Shown: piece by piece, positions 54,043 to 56,090 of the stretch
How positions within the stretch are numbered: the stretch's first letter is position 1
How the letters are laid out: each line of letters opens with the position of its first letter
Source of the DNA: a virus
Lineage: Duplodnaviria; Caudoviricetes
Length of the DNA: 56,090 bases
Reading direction: 5' to 3' (one strand)
IMG/VR virus record: IMGVR_UViG_3300020045_019291
Coordinates: 1 to 56,090 of that record
Made by a program: the position numbers and the translations under genes
The notes under the pieces: model-generated
What the model was told of the DNA's origin: nothing
What the model saw: only the letters and a program-made list of their open reading frames with translations
Databases searched by the model: none

Positions 54043-54300
54043 TTATTCGTAAATGTTTAAAATGCAATACACTTCTACCGCCTTTTTTAGCGTGTTCTCT
54101 GTTGCTTGTGTGCTTTTGTTTTCGGATCTAGAATACATTTTGTTAAAATGCTCTAAGATTTCCGCTACGGGCTCAAAATCGTTTTCTGACTCGTCGCTGA
54201 TTCCTTGACGGAAATCAATTGCTGTTACCTCACTATTTTCGATGTTAAAAAAAATAACTCTATCATTTTCGCTATCTATGATTTTAAAAATATTTTTCAT
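54043..54300 (-). CDS. Hypothetical protein
   Basis: ATG ORF in the early region. Confidence 0.6.
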   Translation of the reverse strand: MKNIFKIIDSENDRVIFFNIENSEVTAIDFRQGISDESENDFEPVAEILEHFNKMYSRSENKSTQATENTLKKAVEVYCILNIYE

Positions 54301-54359
54301 CTTGTAAAGTCAGTTTGAAAACGTGACTAGGTTTATATTGTTGATACTAAAAATTGATA

Positions 54360-55523
54360 CTAATTTGAACCAGATAAAAGTTTTTCAATCTCTGGCAATT
54401 GCTTTTTAGAGAATATCCAGCCAGCACCACAACTTAAATTTGAGTTCCAACGGCCTCCGATTGCTTTTAATTTGTCTTTGATCGGCTTTGTGTCTCCTAT
54501 AACCGCGACGGCTTTTTCGCTGTAGTCAATTATTTGAACCTCGCCAGTCTTAACTTCTACTTTTTCAAAGTTTGCCGCTTCGGTTGGCTCTGGTGTTGCT
54601 GCTTCCGATGTTTCGAATACAAATTTATATGCTTCATCAGGAAAACCGCTAAATCCTTCAATCTCTTCAATCGAAATAACTTTGGCATTAACTGGTATTG
54701 CATTTTTTCTAAAGATGCGATACGGCAAGTATTTAAGCTCCTGCGGTTGATCTAGCCAAAATTTTTCTTTCATATTATCAACGAAAGAATTAAATAACGG
54801 CTCTAACTCTGGGCTGTGCTCTCTGGAAGTTGAAAGATATTTTAAACCTCCGAATACTCTATTAAAATTGTCAGGTGTTGGATCTCTAAAATCTCCCGTC
54901 TCGTCAGTGGAATAAGAAACGAATATATTTGTTTTTGTTTCCACTTCTTCCGCTGTTGGTCCGTCGGTCCAATAAATGTAATAACTAGAATAGTAATCTT
55001 TACGTACTGAAAATTTAACCGCTGGAAATTCTTTTTTCAACGTGGTAACAATATTCTTTTTTGTCGTGTTTTGGTCGTCTCCTGCATTAACAATCAAATG
55101 AGGGTACAACTTAGGAAGATTATTTTTTTCGTCCTTGTCGGCTTGCTCTTTGGCTGCGGCTGCTGTTTTCTCGTTAGCTTCTGCCGTGATTGCTAAACCA
55201 ATATATTTTTCAACCTCCGAGGCTTCAAACGTTTCAAACGTATCAGAATAATATAAACCTATTCCAAATTTTTCGCTTAACGGCTTGCAATACTTATCTA
55301 AAGTTTTAAAACCGTTTCTATAGTTACTCATATAAACAAGTTTATAGCTGCCATATTGATCCGCTTCGCTAATAACGGCTAATTCTGTACCTTCGTGACC
55401 GTAACCAAAATAATATACTTTGCAGTACATTGGAAGGCTTTCGATTGGTTTGATCTCCTGCATTACGCCTTTGGTTCCAAACATACTATATACTTTCCCT
55501 GGTTCAATTGATTGTGTTTTCAT
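54360..55523 (-). CDS. LPD29-like domain early protein
   Basis: LKKEFP.VKFSVR......I.WTDGPT; C-terminal IIDYSEKA.AV.GDTK.IKD.LK.IGGRWN.NL....GWIF. Confidence 0.75.
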   Translation of the reverse strand: MKTQSIEPGKVYSMFGTKGVMQEIKPIESLPMYCKVYYFGYGHEGTELAVISEADQYGSYKLVYMSNYRNGFKTLDKYCKPLSEKFGIGLYYSDTFETFEASEVEKYIGLAITAEANEKTAAAAKEQADKDEKNNLPKLYPHLIVNAGDDQNTTKKNIVTTLKKEFPAVKFSVRKDYYSSYYIYWTDGPTAEEVETKTNIFVSYSTDETGDFRDPTPDNFNRVFGGLKYLSTSREHSPELEPLFNSFVDNMKEKFWLDQPQELKYLPYRIFRKNAIPVNAKVISIEEIEGFSGFPDEAYKFVFETSEAATPEPTEAANFEKVEVKTGEVQIIDYSEKAVAVIGDTKPIKDKLKAIGGRWNSNLSCGAGWIFSKKQLPEIEKLLSGSN

Positions 55524-55568
55524 AATGATAAGTTTTACTATTAATAATAATTTTTGATACTAGATTAA

Positions 55569-55685
55569 TTAAACGACTGGCGAGAAGTAAACAACAAGCG
55601 CAACCACCACCACCACAAATACTACAAATAAAATCTCGTTTCTTTTTTCGCTAGATTGTACAATTGACAAAATAAATGCTTTCAT
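55569..55685 (-). CDS. Small membrane peptide (38 aa, absent from the ORF track)
   Basis: MKAFILSIVQSSEKRNEILFVVFVVVVVALVVYFSPVV*. Confidence 0.45.
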   Translation of the reverse strand: MKAFILSIVQSSEKRNEILFVVFVVVVVALVVYFSPVV

Positions 55686-55880
55686 AATATATAATGTATA
55701 AAGTTACTGTTTCGCCTATTTTTAGGCAGTCATTAGGCAAAGCACACACTTTGCGACAGTCAGCACCTATATATTTAATAAGTCGCTGGATTTCGGTTTA
55801 TTTAGCCTGAGTAATCACACCCGCAGTTATAGTGTTGTCCACTCGCAGCAACCAGATAAAGTACTTGATTAACTACACTA

Positions 55881-55930
55881 CAAATATAGTGTATAAATAC
55901 TATTAGTATGTATAATTGTTATCACTATTT
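55881..55930 (-). promoter_or_regulatory. Probable early promoter
   Basis: Minus-strand TATATTTG at 55881-55888 with degenerate motif-like AT-rich sequence upstream. Confidence 0.5.
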
Positions 55931-56090
55931 TTACTGCTATAGAAAAATAGAATCACAATCTATATCATCATAGACTAAAACTATCGCTTTAAAACCGCAA
56001 GGATCAACCCAGACAACAAGCATTAACAACCAGCAACACCAAGCACCAGCAACACAAAGAACATCCGTTTAATACCTTCCTTAAAAAAAG

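Noticed and set aside
1-56090. Diversity-generating retroelement, retron or stop-codon reassignment
   Set aside because: No reverse transcriptase motif or template/variable repeat pair noticed; genes are full-length under the standard code and no suppressor tRNA is present

Overview
A ~56 kb, AT-rich segment that looks like most of the genome of a temperate phage with a podovirus-type gene set infecting Bacteroidota (Flavobacterium-like, judged by TAnnTTTG promoters, a Bacteroidota-type integrase and nucleoid proteins). The left half (+ strand) holds the lysis genes, terminase, portal, scaffold, major capsid, tail adaptor/nozzle and three ejection proteins, interrupted by three inverted blocks, one carrying a tRNA-Met. 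The right half (mostly - strand) holds early, replication and recombination genes, a lysogeny module (repressor, intact attP with a tRNA 3' core, integrase) and methylase/LPD-type early genes. The outstanding feature is an integron-like system at 38408-42712: an IntI-related tyrosine recombinase lacking the IntI-specific insertion, an attI-like GTT site, and seven single-gene cassettes. Each cassette is closed by a non-canonical attC-like hairpin (TAACA...CGTTA) and bounded by its own private 8-10 bp terminal inverted repeat, the signature of independent insertion from circles. All cassette ORFs are inverted relative to canonical integrons and are co-oriented with the phage early operon. All calls come from reading motifs and synteny by eye; no database searches or folding programs were run.
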